The notes: generated by a model from the letters alone, not told the origin. Shown: positions 1 through 8,840, numbered from the stretch's first letter. The stretch is 64,000 nucleotides of DNA from Deltaproteobacteria bacterium (GCA_033763315.1 JANRKS010000005.1:205840-269839), one strand, 5' to 3'. Made by a program: numbers and translations.

Positions 1-1
1 T

Positions 2-1252
2 GAACTCAACACGTCCACAGGCGTGATCGCCGGCAAGCCTGCGAAAGCCGGCTCCCACTTGGTCACGCTGACCGTTAAAGACTCGTTGGGCGCCGAAACC
101 ACCCGACCGTTTAAGATCGAAATCGGCAGCAACAAACTGGCCCTGACTCCACCCATGGGTTGGAACTCCTGGAACGTGTGGGGCTTGGACGTCAGCGACC
201 AAAACATTCGCCGCGCCGCTGATTCGTTGATCACATCAGGCCTGGCCGATCACGGTTTCGCCTTCATCAACATCGACGACGCGTGGGAAGGCAAACGCAA
301 CGCAAAAGGCGAAATCGAGCCCAACGAAAAGTTTCCGAACATGGTGGCGCTCTCAGAATACGTGCATGGCAAAGGCTTGAAGATGGGCATCTATTCATCA
401 CCCGGCCCCAAGACGTGCGGCATGTACGAAGGCAGTTATCGACACGAAAAGCAAGACGCGCAGACCTACGCAAAGTGGGGTGTCGATCTGTTGAAATACG
501 ATTGGTGCTCATACGGCGGCGTCGCGAAGGGCAGCAGCCGCGAAGAGCTGATGAAGCCTTACATTCTCATGGGCAAAGCCCTGCGCAGCACCTCGCGCGA
601 TGTGGTTTACAGCCTGTGCCAGTACGGTATGGGCAACGTTTGGGAGTGGGGCCGCAAAGTGGGCGGCCACTACTGGCGCACCACGGGCGACATTGTGGAC
701 ACGTGGAGCAGCGTCGATTCAATCGGCTTTGGGCAAGCGGGCAAAGACAGCTTCGCCGGCCCCGGCGGCTGGAACGATCCCGATATGTTGGTGCTGGGCA
801 AAGTTGGCTGGAGCAAGAAGCTGCGCGACACGCGCTTAACGCCCGCAGAACAAGTGACGCACATGACGTTGTGGAGTTTGCTCGCGTCGCCGCTTCTCAT
901 CGGCGCCGATCTCGATCAACTAGACCCATGGACGTTGGATCTGCTGACCAACGATGAAGTGATCGCCGTCAATCAAGACGAATTGGGTCGCGCTGCCGCG
1001 CGTGTTGTGGATGACGCGGGCTCCGAGGTTTGGACACGCCCGTTGGCCGATGGAAGCTTGGCTGTGGGTGTTTTCAACCGCGGCCCCGTGGGCACGAACG
1101 TGAAAGTGGATCTGGGCAAGCTGGGGCGCGCCGGTAAACAGAACGTGCGTGATCTGTGGCAGCGCCAAGATCTGGGCGCGCGCGAAGGTGCTTTTGATGT
1201 TGACGTGATCTCTCACGGCGCCGTTTTATTCAAAGTTGCGGCTGCAAAATAA
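2..1252 (+). CDS. GH27 family alpha-galactosidase-like glycoside hydrolase, 5'-truncated by the window edge; N-terminal putative Ig-like domain
   Basis: Frame is open from nt 2 (the ORF track's first 'M' at 23 is GTG). Translation contains the GH27 hallmarks LTPPMGWNSWN and INIDDAWEG and a C-terminal Greek-key region. The N-terminal stretch 'TGVIAGKPAKAGSHLVTLTVKDSLG' resembles a putative Ig (He_PIG) domain. Confidence 0.8.
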   Translation, partial: ELNTSTGVIAGKPAKAGSHLVTLTVKDSLGAETTRPFKIEIGSNKLALTPPMGWNSWNVWGLDVSDQNIRRAADSLITSGLADHGFAFINIDDAWEGKRNAKGEIEPNEKFPNMVALSEYVHGKGLKMGIYSSPGPKTCGMYEGSYRHEKQDAQTYAKWGVDLLKYDWCSYGGVAKGSSREELMKPYILMGKALRSTSRDVVYSLCQYGMGNVWEWGRKVGGHYWRTTGDIVDTWSSVDSIGFGQAGKDSFAGPGGWNDPDMLVLGKVGWSKKLRDTRLTPAEQVTHMTLWSLLASPLLIGADLDQLDPWTLDLLTNDEVIAVNQDELGRAAARVVDDAGSEVWTRPLADGSLAVGVFNRGPVGTNVKVDLGKLGRAGKQNVRDLWQRQDLGAREGAFDVDVISHGAVLFKVAAAK

Positions 1253-2038
1253 ATGTCTTATCTGCCGTTTGATTGGTACGAAACGCCGCTTTACTACGAC
1301 ATTGTCTTCGATGAAGACACGCGTAAAGAAGTGGCGTTTCTTGAGGCTTTGCACAAACGCCACGTGCGCAAACCCACGCACCGGCTGCTTGAGCCTGCGT
1401 GTGGCTCGGGGCGCTTGATGGCCACCTTGGCCAAGCGTGGCTTCACGGTCTATGGCTTTGACGCCAGCGCCGGCATGTTGGCCTTTGCGCGCAAGCGCAC
1501 GCAACGCCTTGGCAAGCGCGTGCACTTGTCACAGCAGAGCATGCAAAGCTTTGCTTACAAACACAGCTTCGACATGGCGTTTTGCCTGGTCAGCACGTTT
1601 AAGTACCTGCTGACCGAGGCAGACGCTGTAAACCACTTGCGTCGCGTGGCCGAGGTATTGCGGCCCGGTGGCATCTACGCGCTGGGCTTTCATCTTACGC
1701 ACTACAACCGCACCAGCGCCGAGCGCGAACGTTGGGTGCAAAGCCGAGGCAAGCTCACCGTCACGTGCAACATCCAGATCTGGCCGCCCGATCGCCGCAC
1801 GCGCCTTGAACGCGCGCGCTCGCGTTTGTTGGTCTCCGGCTTAGCGGAGGGTGATCGCAAATACGAAACAAACTGGCACTTTCGCACGTACAGCAAGGCG
1901 CAGTTCTTCGATTTGCTGGCCAAGGTGCCTGAGCTCGAACACATCGACACGCACGACTTTTTGTACGATCCCGATTACCACCCGGTGTTTGGGGAAGAGC
2001 GCGCGGATGTGATTGCGGTGCTGCGCAAACGCGGCTAG
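1253..2038 (+). CDS. Class I SAM-dependent methyltransferase
   Basis: SAM-binding motif 'LEPACGSGRLMATLAKRGFTVYGFDASAGM' (motif I, GxGxG-like) followed by an acidic loop. ATG immediately follows the TAA of the upstream gene. Confidence 0.75.
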   Translation: MSYLPFDWYETPLYYDIVFDEDTRKEVAFLEALHKRHVRKPTHRLLEPACGSGRLMATLAKRGFTVYGFDASAGMLAFARKRTQRLGKRVHLSQQSMQSFAYKHSFDMAFCLVSTFKYLLTEADAVNHLRRVAEVLRPGGIYALGFHLTHYNRTSAERERWVQSRGKLTVTCNIQIWPPDRRTRLERARSRLLVSGLAEGDRKYETNWHFRTYSKAQFFDLLAKVPELEHIDTHDFLYDPDYHPVFGEERADVIAVLRKRG

Positions 2039-2208
2039 CGCACGAAGCCACGCGCTGCAGAACCGCCCCTGGCCGTTCGCGCAAGCCTTTCATCGCCTCA
2101 ACACCCGAGCGCAGATGGTGCGGTGAAATCAACCTGGGACAAGCGCTGGTACCCTGGGAACAGACATTGCAAATAGCTTCGCACCAGAGCTCAGGTGGGC
2201 TCGCCGCC

Positions 2209-2643
2209 ATGGAAAAACACAAGCGCAAGCCGATCATAGCGGCGGTCGACGGGTCGCCGCATTCGCACAAGGTTGCCGACTTTGCCAGCCGCCTGGCGCA
2301 TGCCTTCGAAACGCGGTTGGCCCTCTTGCATGTCGTCGAGCCGCTGCCTCACCACATGGTTTCGTCGTTTGGAATGGCAGCCAACCAGTGGCTGCAGACG
2401 CAACTGCGAGAGGGGCAAGCCGTGTTAGACGAGCTGTGCCAAGAGTTGCAGCTTGCAGACGTGGACAAGATCTTGTCGTCGGGCCCTGTGCCAGAAACGA
2501 TTTGTGGGGAAGCCGAAGAAGCCAACGCGGAGATGATTGTGCTCGGCGCCCACGGCCATGGGCCTGTGCCGCGTATCATGCTTGGTTCTGTGGGCGATCG
2601 GGTGGCGTCGCTTGCCAGCCGCACAGTGACGATCGTGCGGTGA
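2209..2643 (+). CDS. Universal stress protein (UspA family)
   Basis: 'KPIIAAVDGSPHS...' N-terminus and C-terminal 'MIVLGAHGHGPVPRIMLGSVGDRVASLASRTVTIVR', an ATP-binding USP signature. ATG at 2209 chosen inside the longer ORF starting at 2167. Confidence 0.75.
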   Translation: MEKHKRKPIIAAVDGSPHSHKVADFASRLAHAFETRLALLHVVEPLPHHMVSSFGMAANQWLQTQLREGQAVLDELCQELQLADVDKILSSGPVPETICGEAEEANAEMIVLGAHGHGPVPRIMLGSVGDRVASLASRTVTIVR

Positions 2644-2645
2644 CT

Positions 2646-3065
2646 TCAGCTATGCGCGGGCCGCTGCTTTATCAACGCTGCATCGGCCCCAGTCTCCAGC
2701 ACCTGCTGCAAGGCCGCGAGCAGCGCCTTGATGTCCACGGGCTTGGGCAGGACGGCGTTGGCCCCCGCTTCGTGGGCCTGCGCGATCGTCTGCGGATCGG
2801 TAAACGCGCTCACAACCAACGATGGAAAGCCATAGCCGAGCTGGTGCAACGCCGTGATGAGCTCGGGGCCACTTTTTCCCGGCAACCGGAAATCTGTGAT
2901 CAGCGCGTGAAATTCATCAACAGGCACCCGGGCCAAGGCGGCTTCGGCCGATTCGGCCACGGCGGCCAGATAGCCTTCGCCGTCTAGAATTTCAGCCAAA
3001 TTTTCCGCCAGTTCGGTGTGGTCGTCGACGACCAAGATGCGCCGGTGGCTGTTATTCGGGACCAT
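2646..3065 (-). CDS. Single-domain response regulator (CheY-like receiver)
   Basis: 'ILVVDDHTELAENL', 'LITDFRLPGKSG' (phospho-acceptor Asp), 'SAFTD' and 'LPKP' motifs. Lies 10 nt downstream of the histidine kinase on the same strand. Confidence 0.8.
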   Translation of the reverse strand: MVPNNSHRRILVVDDHTELAENLAEILDGEGYLAAVAESAEAALARVPVDEFHALITDFRLPGKSGPELITALHQLGYGFPSLVVSAFTDPQTIAQAHEAGANAVLPKPVDIKALLAALQQVLETGADAALIKQRPAHS

Positions 3066-3075
3066 GAGAAGGCGC

Positions 3076-4251
3076 CTATACTAGCACGACAAACGTGGCC
3101 CCCGACGTCTCGTGCGACGTTCGCGGCGCCAGGCCAATCGTGCCTTCGTGAGCCTCAAGGATGCGGCGGCACAATGACAGCCCAATGCCTGTGCCCTTGG
3201 CTTTGGTGGTGAAAAGCGGCTCGAAGATCCGATGAGCGACGTCCAAGGCCACCCCGGGCCCCTCATCGTGGACGCGGAACTCCGTCTTGTTGCCCACCGC
3301 CTTGGCGCTGACAGTGATGGTGCCCTGGCCACCCATGGCTTGCGAGGCGTTGATGAAAAGATTGGAGAACACCTGCGCCATCTGGCCTGCATCGACGCTC
3401 ACGTGCAGTCCAGGGTCAATGTCTTGCGCGACTTTGATGGTCTCCGGCAGGTTGGCCGCGCTCACGCCCAGTTCAACCACAGTTGTGGCGAGGGTGCTTT
3501 GCCGCGAGGGCGGCCGGTTGCGCGCCAGCTCGAGCAAGTCAGTGATCGTTTTGTTCGCACGCCGCACCTCACTGGCGATGCGGTCGATGTGTTTAACAAC
3601 TTTCGGATCGCCCGCTCCGTCCTGCAATCCCAAGCGTTGGCGCAGCAAAAACACGGAGCTTTCAACCACCCCTAGGGGGTTACGAAGTTCATGCCCGATG
3701 CCGGTGGCGAACTGCCCAATCGTTGCCAATCGTTCGGCAGCGCGGTTCGCCGACAGCAACGATTCGCGATACGTCTCAAGCATGATCGCCAGCTCCAAAT
3801 CCAATATCTTTTCAAGCGCGGTCGCGGTTCTGTGGCTGCGCGGTGGGTCGCCGATCAGGTTTTCATAGACCAAGCTCAACAAGCGCACGCGGATGCGGTT
3901 GATCGCCGTGAACATGTACTCTTGTGGCAGCGCGATACGCACATGCATGCGGCCGATGCGGGCGCGCTTGTCAAAGTAGCTTTCGTCGTGAGGCCCTTTC
4001 ATGAGCTCACGCAACCAATCCTTGAGCGTGTTCTTGAGCCGGTTGACCTGGTCCGCGCCGCCGGTGATGGCTTTGCGCGCGTCTTCGTGGGTCAAAATGG
4101 CTTCATAAAAGTCATCAACGATCGGGGTCACGTGGGGTTCAACCACGGGGAAAAAATCCAACAACAACGCGCTGTCGTTGTCGTTAAAGCGAACGTAGTC
4201 CTTCAAACGTTCAAAGAAGCTAAGCTGTGGGGGGACCTGGGCTTCGTCCAT
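3076..4251 (-). CDS. Globin-coupled sensor histidine kinase (N-terminal protoglobin/sensor-globin domain, HisKA and HATPase_c)
   Basis: H-box 'IGHELRNPLGVVESS', and 'DEGPGVALDVAHRIFEPLFTTKAKGTGIGLSLCRRILEAHEGTIGL' giving the G1/G2 ATP-lid. N-terminal 'LSFFERLKDYVRFNDNDSALLLDFFPVVEPHVTPIVDDFYEAILTH...RIGRMHVRIALPQEYMFTAINRIR' matches the protoglobin/GCS sensor fold, as in AfGcHK-type kinases. Confidence 0.75.
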   Translation of the reverse strand: MDEAQVPPQLSFFERLKDYVRFNDNDSALLLDFFPVVEPHVTPIVDDFYEAILTHEDARKAITGGADQVNRLKNTLKDWLRELMKGPHDESYFDKRARIGRMHVRIALPQEYMFTAINRIRVRLLSLVYENLIGDPPRSHRTATALEKILDLELAIMLETYRESLLSANRAAERLATIGQFATGIGHELRNPLGVVESSVFLLRQRLGLQDGAGDPKVVKHIDRIASEVRRANKTITDLLELARNRPPSRQSTLATTVVELGVSAANLPETIKVAQDIDPGLHVSVDAGQMAQVFSNLFINASQAMGGQGTITVSAKAVGNKTEFRVHDEGPGVALDVAHRIFEPLFTTKAKGTGIGLSLCRRILEAHEGTIGLAPRTSHETSGATFVVLV

Positions 4252-4321
4252 GGTGGCTTTTTAACAACTAGGCGTACATCTTGCAGTTGGATGGCTTCAC
4301 AATGCAACAGGTGGTGAATCG

Positions 4322-4618
4322 ATGAATTTCATGCATCCAGCTCTGCCTCGCGCCGTGCTTGGCGTGTTGCTTACTCTTGCCGGCGCCTGCGGTACAGGGC
4401 GTGTGGCCGAATCGGCCTCGCCCAGGCCCGCGTCGCAAAGTCGTTCCAAAGACACGGTGCCCGAGCGCCTATCGGCGTTACCTGGGGCGGACAAAGAATC
4501 GGATCCTGAAAACCAGGAGCGGCGTTTTGGCCTGGGCGCTGCGAAGGCCAAGCGGGAGGAAGAGGCAGAGCGCAAAGCCGCGCAAGCCAAACGAGCCAAT
4601 CTGGTGGGCAAGCCATGA
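4322..4618 (+). CDS. Small probable lipoprotein, Lys/Glu-rich C-terminus
   Basis: Signal peptide 'MNFMHPALPRAVLGVLLTLAGACG' with a lipobox-like Cys. Low-complexity charged tail. No recognisable domain. Confidence 0.4.
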   Translation: MNFMHPALPRAVLGVLLTLAGACGTGRVAESASPRPASQSRSKDTVPERLSALPGADKESDPENQERRFGLGAAKAKREEEAERKAAQAKRANLVGKP

Positions 4619-5493
4619 CAGCCATAACGGCCATGACAGCAATGACAGGCTTCATTTTGTCTTTGTGTTTATCGGCAGGGCCGCAGCCAGCGCCGACGCC
4701 TCTACCCGCGCCGTCGCCAACACCCCCCACAAAAGCACCCATCGATCTGGTGTGGATGGTGGCACCGCCATCGGCCGAAGACGCCGCGCCGCCGCCGCCG
4801 AATACAGCGGCGTTGCGATCCAAAGGGGTGGCCTTGTTCACCCAGCATTGTGCTTCTTGTCATGGCAAGCGCGGCGACGGCCGTGGGCAGGCCGCGGCTT
4901 CGTTGAGCGTTAAGCCGACCGACTTCACCAAGGCGATCTTCAAGGTGCGCTCCACACAGAGCGGCACTTTGCCTAAGGATGTGGATCTGTACGTCACCTT
5001 GTCGCGTGGCATGCATGGCACTGAAATGTTCCCGTGGGCCAAGCTTTCTTCAACCGACCGGTGGGCGCTGGTGCAAAGGATCAAAGCCTTCTCGCCGCGA
5101 TGGAAGCAAGAGCAGCCGGGCAGGGCGTTCACCTTTGCCACGCCCGCGCCGAACGAGACGGATGCCTTGCGTGCCAAAGGCAAATCGCTGTACGCGCAGC
5201 TTCGCTGTGGTGCGTGCCATGGCGTGGAGGGGGCGGCCAATGGTCCAGCTGCCGCACTCTATAAAGACCCCAGCGGCCAGCGTCCGGTTTACATCCGCGA
5301 TTTCCGCAAGGGCCAATTCCTGCGCGGATCGCAGATGCAAGACATCGTGATGACGTTACGAACGGGCTTAGATGGCACGCCGATGGGCCCTTACGACGCA
5401 TTGGCCGAGCCAGATCTGTGGGCTCTGGCAAGCTACGTGCGCGGCTTGGTGTCTCAGCGCCCTGTGCCTGAACCAACACCTGCGGTGCCATAA
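4615..5493 (+). CDS. Diheme c-type cytochrome
   Basis: Two CxxCH motifs (CASCHGKRGDGRGQ and CGACHGVEGAANG), each followed downstream by a candidate Met ligand. Pro-rich N-terminal linker. ATG overlaps the upstream stop (ATGA). Confidence 0.75.
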   Translation: MTAITAMTAMTGFILSLCLSAGPQPAPTPLPAPSPTPPTKAPIDLVWMVAPPSAEDAAPPPPNTAALRSKGVALFTQHCASCHGKRGDGRGQAAASLSVKPTDFTKAIFKVRSTQSGTLPKDVDLYVTLSRGMHGTEMFPWAKLSSTDRWALVQRIKAFSPRWKQEQPGRAFTFATPAPNETDALRAKGKSLYAQLRCGACHGVEGAANGPAAALYKDPSGQRPVYIRDFRKGQFLRGSQMQDIVMTLRTGLDGTPMGPYDALAEPDLWALASYVRGLVSQRPVPEPTPAVP

Positions 5494-5552
5494 TCGCGCG
5501 CACGCGATAGCGTGTTACGATCCCGCGTTCGGTTTGAACGCGGTGTTCGCCT

Positions 5553-7868
5553 TTGAGATCACTTCCGGTTTTCCTTTGCCTGTGTGTTGCGGCGGCCTTT
5601 GGCCTGGGCCGCCACGCGCGTGCTGAATCCGCGTTCGCGGGGCCTTCCCTGCCTGCGTTGGTAAGCAAGACGTTCCACCCCGCAAGCTATGTGCGTTCGT
5701 TGGCGCAAACAACCGACGGCTATGTGTGGATGGGAACGCAACGCGGGCTCTTTCGTTTCGACGGGATGCGCTTTGTTTTGTTCGCGAGCGATCAAACGCC
5801 CGGCATGCCCACGGGAGAGGTCACGGCCCTGTGGGCCACCCGCACCCGCAGCTTGTGGGTGGGCACCGAACACGGCCTGGCTCTGTTCGAAAATGGCCGC
5901 TTCACAAAGCCTGCAGGTATACCAACGCACATCGAAGCTGTGCGGCGTTTCACCATGGACGCCAACGGCTGGTTGTGGATGGCCACAAGTTCAGGTCTGC
6001 TGCAAACGCGCGGCGATGTTTGGGTACACCACGGTGTGGCCGAAGGTTTGCCCACCACCGACGTGACCGACGTGGTGATCGATCCAGAAGGTGGTTTGTG
6101 GGTGCAAACGAGCCAGGGTCGAGCCAAACGGCAAGGCGATCGCTTTGTGTCTGTGTCGCCCTCTTTGCAGGTGGGCGCCACGGCGTTGCCACTGCCGCTT
6201 TTTGTTTCACGCGCCGTGCGCGACAACATAGCCGCGTGGCAAAGCTTCGCGGGCACCAACGTCGCAGCGGCACTCGTGGATTCACAAGACGCCCTATGGA
6301 TTGCGCGGCCCTTTGCGGGTGGCCTGCTGCGCTGGATGGCGGGCCAACGCCAGGTGTTCACGATGCGCGACGGTCTTGCCGCAAACGTGCTCACAAGCTT
6401 GCTGGAAGACGCGAACGGTGGTGTGTGGGCTGGCACCGCGGGCGGCGGGGCATCGCTCGTGCAGGCCGCGCGCTGGCGTGAAATCAACCGCAGCGATGGT
6501 TTGCCTGGCGACGCCGTGTTCGCCTTGGCCCCGGCAAAACAGGGGGGGGTGTGGGCGGCGTTGTCGGGCGGCGTGGCACGTGTGGCGCAAAAGCGCGTGC
6601 AGGTGTGGCCGGTGGGCAAAGGCTTGCCGCAGTCGTCACCGCGCTGGGTGGCTGAAGATAAGACCGGAGCGGTCTATAGCGTAGACGTTGAAGGCCACGT
6701 GGCCGTTATGTCTGACCCTGCCGCGGAACGAGCGGCTTTTGCAGCTTTGCCCAATGTGCATTTGTCTGCGGCGACTTCGGCTTTGTTCGCGGATGAAAGC
6801 GGACGCGTGTGGCTCGCTCTTCTTGATGGCCGCGTGGATGAACTAAACAGCGAGGGCGCGATCACTGTGCGGCCGTCCGACGTCGCTTGCGCGGGCGCCA
6901 TCCCTTTGTGTCCATCGGCCGTGCGCAGCTTCGCTCAACGTAGCGCGGGGGGCCTGTGGCTTGGCACGTTCGCTCAAGGTGTTTGGCGAATGAACGCGCA
7001 AGGGCAGCTACAACAGGAGATCTCTTCGGAGCAAATCACCGATGAACCTGTGTTGTCGTTGATTGAAGACGATGCGGGCGTGTTGTGGATCGGCAATGCG
7101 CGGGGCCTCGTTCGTTTCGATGGCAAACGCGCGCGGCGGTTCACAGCGGCTGATGGTTTGGCTGCGAGCGCTGTGACAGCGTTGGTGCAAGATGGCGCGG
7201 GGCGTGTGTGGGGTGCGGGGCCCGGCGGCTTCTTCTGCGTTCATGAGGCTGGCGCGCCTGCGGCGGGTTCCACCACGTTCGTTAACTTTGGTGTGGAAGA
7301 TGGGCTCGCCAATGAAACGTTCGCGGCGTTTGGCATGGGCGCCACGCGCAGCCGTGACGGCCGCTTGTGGTTCGCAAGCCAAGCGGGCTTGGTTGCCGTG
7401 GAAGCGCCTGAAGATGTCTCGCCACCGCGCATACCACCAGTTCTCATCGAATCGGTGCAAGGCGAGGGCATCGAAGCACGCGTGGTGCTTGCGGAGGACG
7501 AACGCATTGAGGTGCCACGCAACGACGTGCGCATCCTTTTCACCGCGCCTGCGTTCAACGAGGCCCAACGTGTGCGCTTGCGCTATCGTGTGGGCCGTAA
7601 CCCGCAAGGGTGGGTAGACGTGGGGCCTCACCGTTTTGCGCATCTCGTCGCTTTGCCGCCAGGCAACATCCTTTTCGAGGTCCAAGCCTCGCGGATCGAT
7701 CGGCCGGGCGAGGTGCAAAGTGCACGCATTCGGCTAATCGTGTCGCGTCGCTACTACGAAAGGCCTATATTTGTTGTCGTTATCTTGCTGATCCTAGGCG
7801 CTTTTGCATTGGCTTTACGTGCAAAGGTCAAACGGCGCGCTCAACTGAGCGCTAAGGATCTGCGCTAA
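5553..7868 (+). CDS. Periplasmic two-propeller sensor (Reg_prop repeats plus Y_Y_Y domain) ending directly after its single C-terminal TM helix; no transmitter domain
   Basis: Signal peptide, then about 14 repeats of the 'GGLWIGTxxGLxRFDG' type typical of two-component-regulator propellers (e.g. 'LWVGTEHGLALFENGRF', 'LWIGNARGLVRFDGKR'). Y_Y_Y-like region 'RVRLRYRVGRNPQGWVD'. Terminal TM 'IFVVVILLILGAFALAL' followed by about 20 residues and a stop. The start is TTG at 5553 and is uncertain. Confidence 0.7.
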   Translation: MRSLPVFLCLCVAAAFGLGRHARAESAFAGPSLPALVSKTFHPASYVRSLAQTTDGYVWMGTQRGLFRFDGMRFVLFASDQTPGMPTGEVTALWATRTRSLWVGTEHGLALFENGRFTKPAGIPTHIEAVRRFTMDANGWLWMATSSGLLQTRGDVWVHHGVAEGLPTTDVTDVVIDPEGGLWVQTSQGRAKRQGDRFVSVSPSLQVGATALPLPLFVSRAVRDNIAAWQSFAGTNVAAALVDSQDALWIARPFAGGLLRWMAGQRQVFTMRDGLAANVLTSLLEDANGGVWAGTAGGGASLVQAARWREINRSDGLPGDAVFALAPAKQGGVWAALSGGVARVAQKRVQVWPVGKGLPQSSPRWVAEDKTGAVYSVDVEGHVAVMSDPAAERAAFAALPNVHLSAATSALFADESGRVWLALLDGRVDELNSEGAITVRPSDVACAGAIPLCPSAVRSFAQRSAGGLWLGTFAQGVWRMNAQGQLQQEISSEQITDEPVLSLIEDDAGVLWIGNARGLVRFDGKRARRFTAADGLAASAVTALVQDGAGRVWGAGPGGFFCVHEAGAPAAGSTTFVNFGVEDGLANETFAAFGMGATRSRDGRLWFASQAGLVAVEAPEDVSPPRIPPVLIESVQGEGIEARVVLAEDERIEVPRNDVRILFTAPAFNEAQRVRLRYRVGRNPQGWVDVGPHRFAHLVALPPGNILFEVQASRIDRPGEVQSARIRLIVSRRYYERPIFVVVILLILGAFALALRAKVKRRAQLSAKDLR

Positions 7869-7912
7869 CGAGGCGGCTTCGGGTGCAACTGCCCTCTTGA
7901 AAAGGTGAAACG

Positions 7913-8542
7913 ATGAACGAGACGAGCATCAAGATTTTAACCGTCGAAGATCACTTCCTGGCACGCTTGGCGTTGTCCACGCTCATTGAGGATCAAGTCG
8001 ATATGAAGGTGTTGGGAACCGCCGAAAGCGGTCGTGAGGCGGTGGAAATCTACAGCAAACTGAATCCCGATCTGGTCTTGATGGATCTACGGTTGCCCGA
8101 GATGGATGGCGTCGAGGCTTCGCGCCAGATCTGCGAAAAAGATCCGAAGGCGCGCATCCTGGTTGTTAGCAACTATGAAAGCGAAGAAGACGTCAGCCGC
8201 GCCGTGGAAGCGGGCGCTCTTGGCTATCTTAAGAAAGACGCATCCGGCGATGTGTTGCTGCAAGCCATCCGCCGTGTGGCCAAAGGCGAACGATACTTTC
8301 CGCAAGAGATGCCAGAGAAAAACAATGATCGCTCTGGGCGCTCCACGTTGACGCCGCGTGAAATCGAAGTGTTGGATCTGATCTTCAAAGGCCGAAGCAA
8401 CCGCGAAATCGCAGATCTTTTAACGATCGGCGAGGGTACGGTTCGCATTCATGTGAGCAACGTGTTGTTGAAGCTGGGCGTCAAGCGGCGCACAGAAGCC
8501 GTGGCCGTGGGTCTCAAGCGCGGTTTGCTGCGGCATGAATAA
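7913..8542 (+). CDS. NarL/FixJ-family response regulator (receiver plus LuxR-type HTH)
   Basis: 'ILTVEDHFLARLAL', 'LVLMDLRLPEMDG', and a C-terminal 'LTPREIEVLDLIFKGRSNREIADLLTIGEGTVRIHVSNVLLKLGV' LuxR HTH. RBS 'AAAGGTGA' 5 nt upstream. Confidence 0.85.
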   Translation: MNETSIKILTVEDHFLARLALSTLIEDQVDMKVLGTAESGREAVEIYSKLNPDLVLMDLRLPEMDGVEASRQICEKDPKARILVVSNYESEEDVSRAVEAGALGYLKKDASGDVLLQAIRRVAKGERYFPQEMPEKNNDRSGRSTLTPREIEVLDLIFKGRSNREIADLLTIGEGTVRIHVSNVLLKLGVKRRTEAVAVGLKRGLLRHE

Positions 8543-8547
8543 GGCGC

Positions 8548-8576
8548 TTGACGGTTGTAAGCACTTGCCTCATCAT
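8548..8576 (+). promoter_or_regulatory. Candidate sigma70-like promoter (TTGACG-N17-CATCAT) for the MFS leader transcript
   Basis: TTGACG at 8548-8553, a 17-nt spacer, and CATCAT at 8571-8576, in the 300-nt gap between the RR gene and the MFS gene. Motif reading only. Confidence 0.3.
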
Positions 8577-8753
8577 CGTGCCTCCATGTTGATTTCCGGT
8601 TCACTTGCCAAAACCCGCGCCCACGCGCTGCTGTCCGTTTCTACGGCGGTGGCCTGTGTATGGCTGCGCGTAAGCAAGCGTCGGGCAAGCGTTGCTCATG
8701 GGAGGAGCATGGAAAGCCAAAGCTGAACATTGAAGTTCCGCTTGATTCCGAAA

Positions 8754-8782
8754 CCCTCCCGCCAACCGCCGGAGGGTTTTTT
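8754..8782 (+). terminator. Candidate intrinsic terminator or attenuator hairpin (CCCTCC...GGAGGG plus T6) inside the 5' leader of the MFS gene
   Basis: 6-bp GC stem 'CCCTCC / GGAGGG' with an 11-nt loop, followed by TTTTTT (8777-8782). It lies about 60 nt upstream of the MFS ATG (8841) and 210 nt downstream of the RR stop. Confidence 0.45.
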
Positions 8783-8840
8783 CGTTACGACCTCTGGTGA
8801 ATCGGCGGTGGGGTTTGGGTTAGCTCTTGGAAGTGTCGTG

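Noticed and set aside
283-1525. Multiple overlapping ORFs (283-957 plus strand, 267-512 minus strand, 920-1216 minus strand, 1226-1525 minus strand) within the GH27 and methyltransferase genes
   Set aside because: These are Arg/Pro-rich shadow frames typical of about 65% GC DNA. The GH27 and MTase frames carry clear family motifs.
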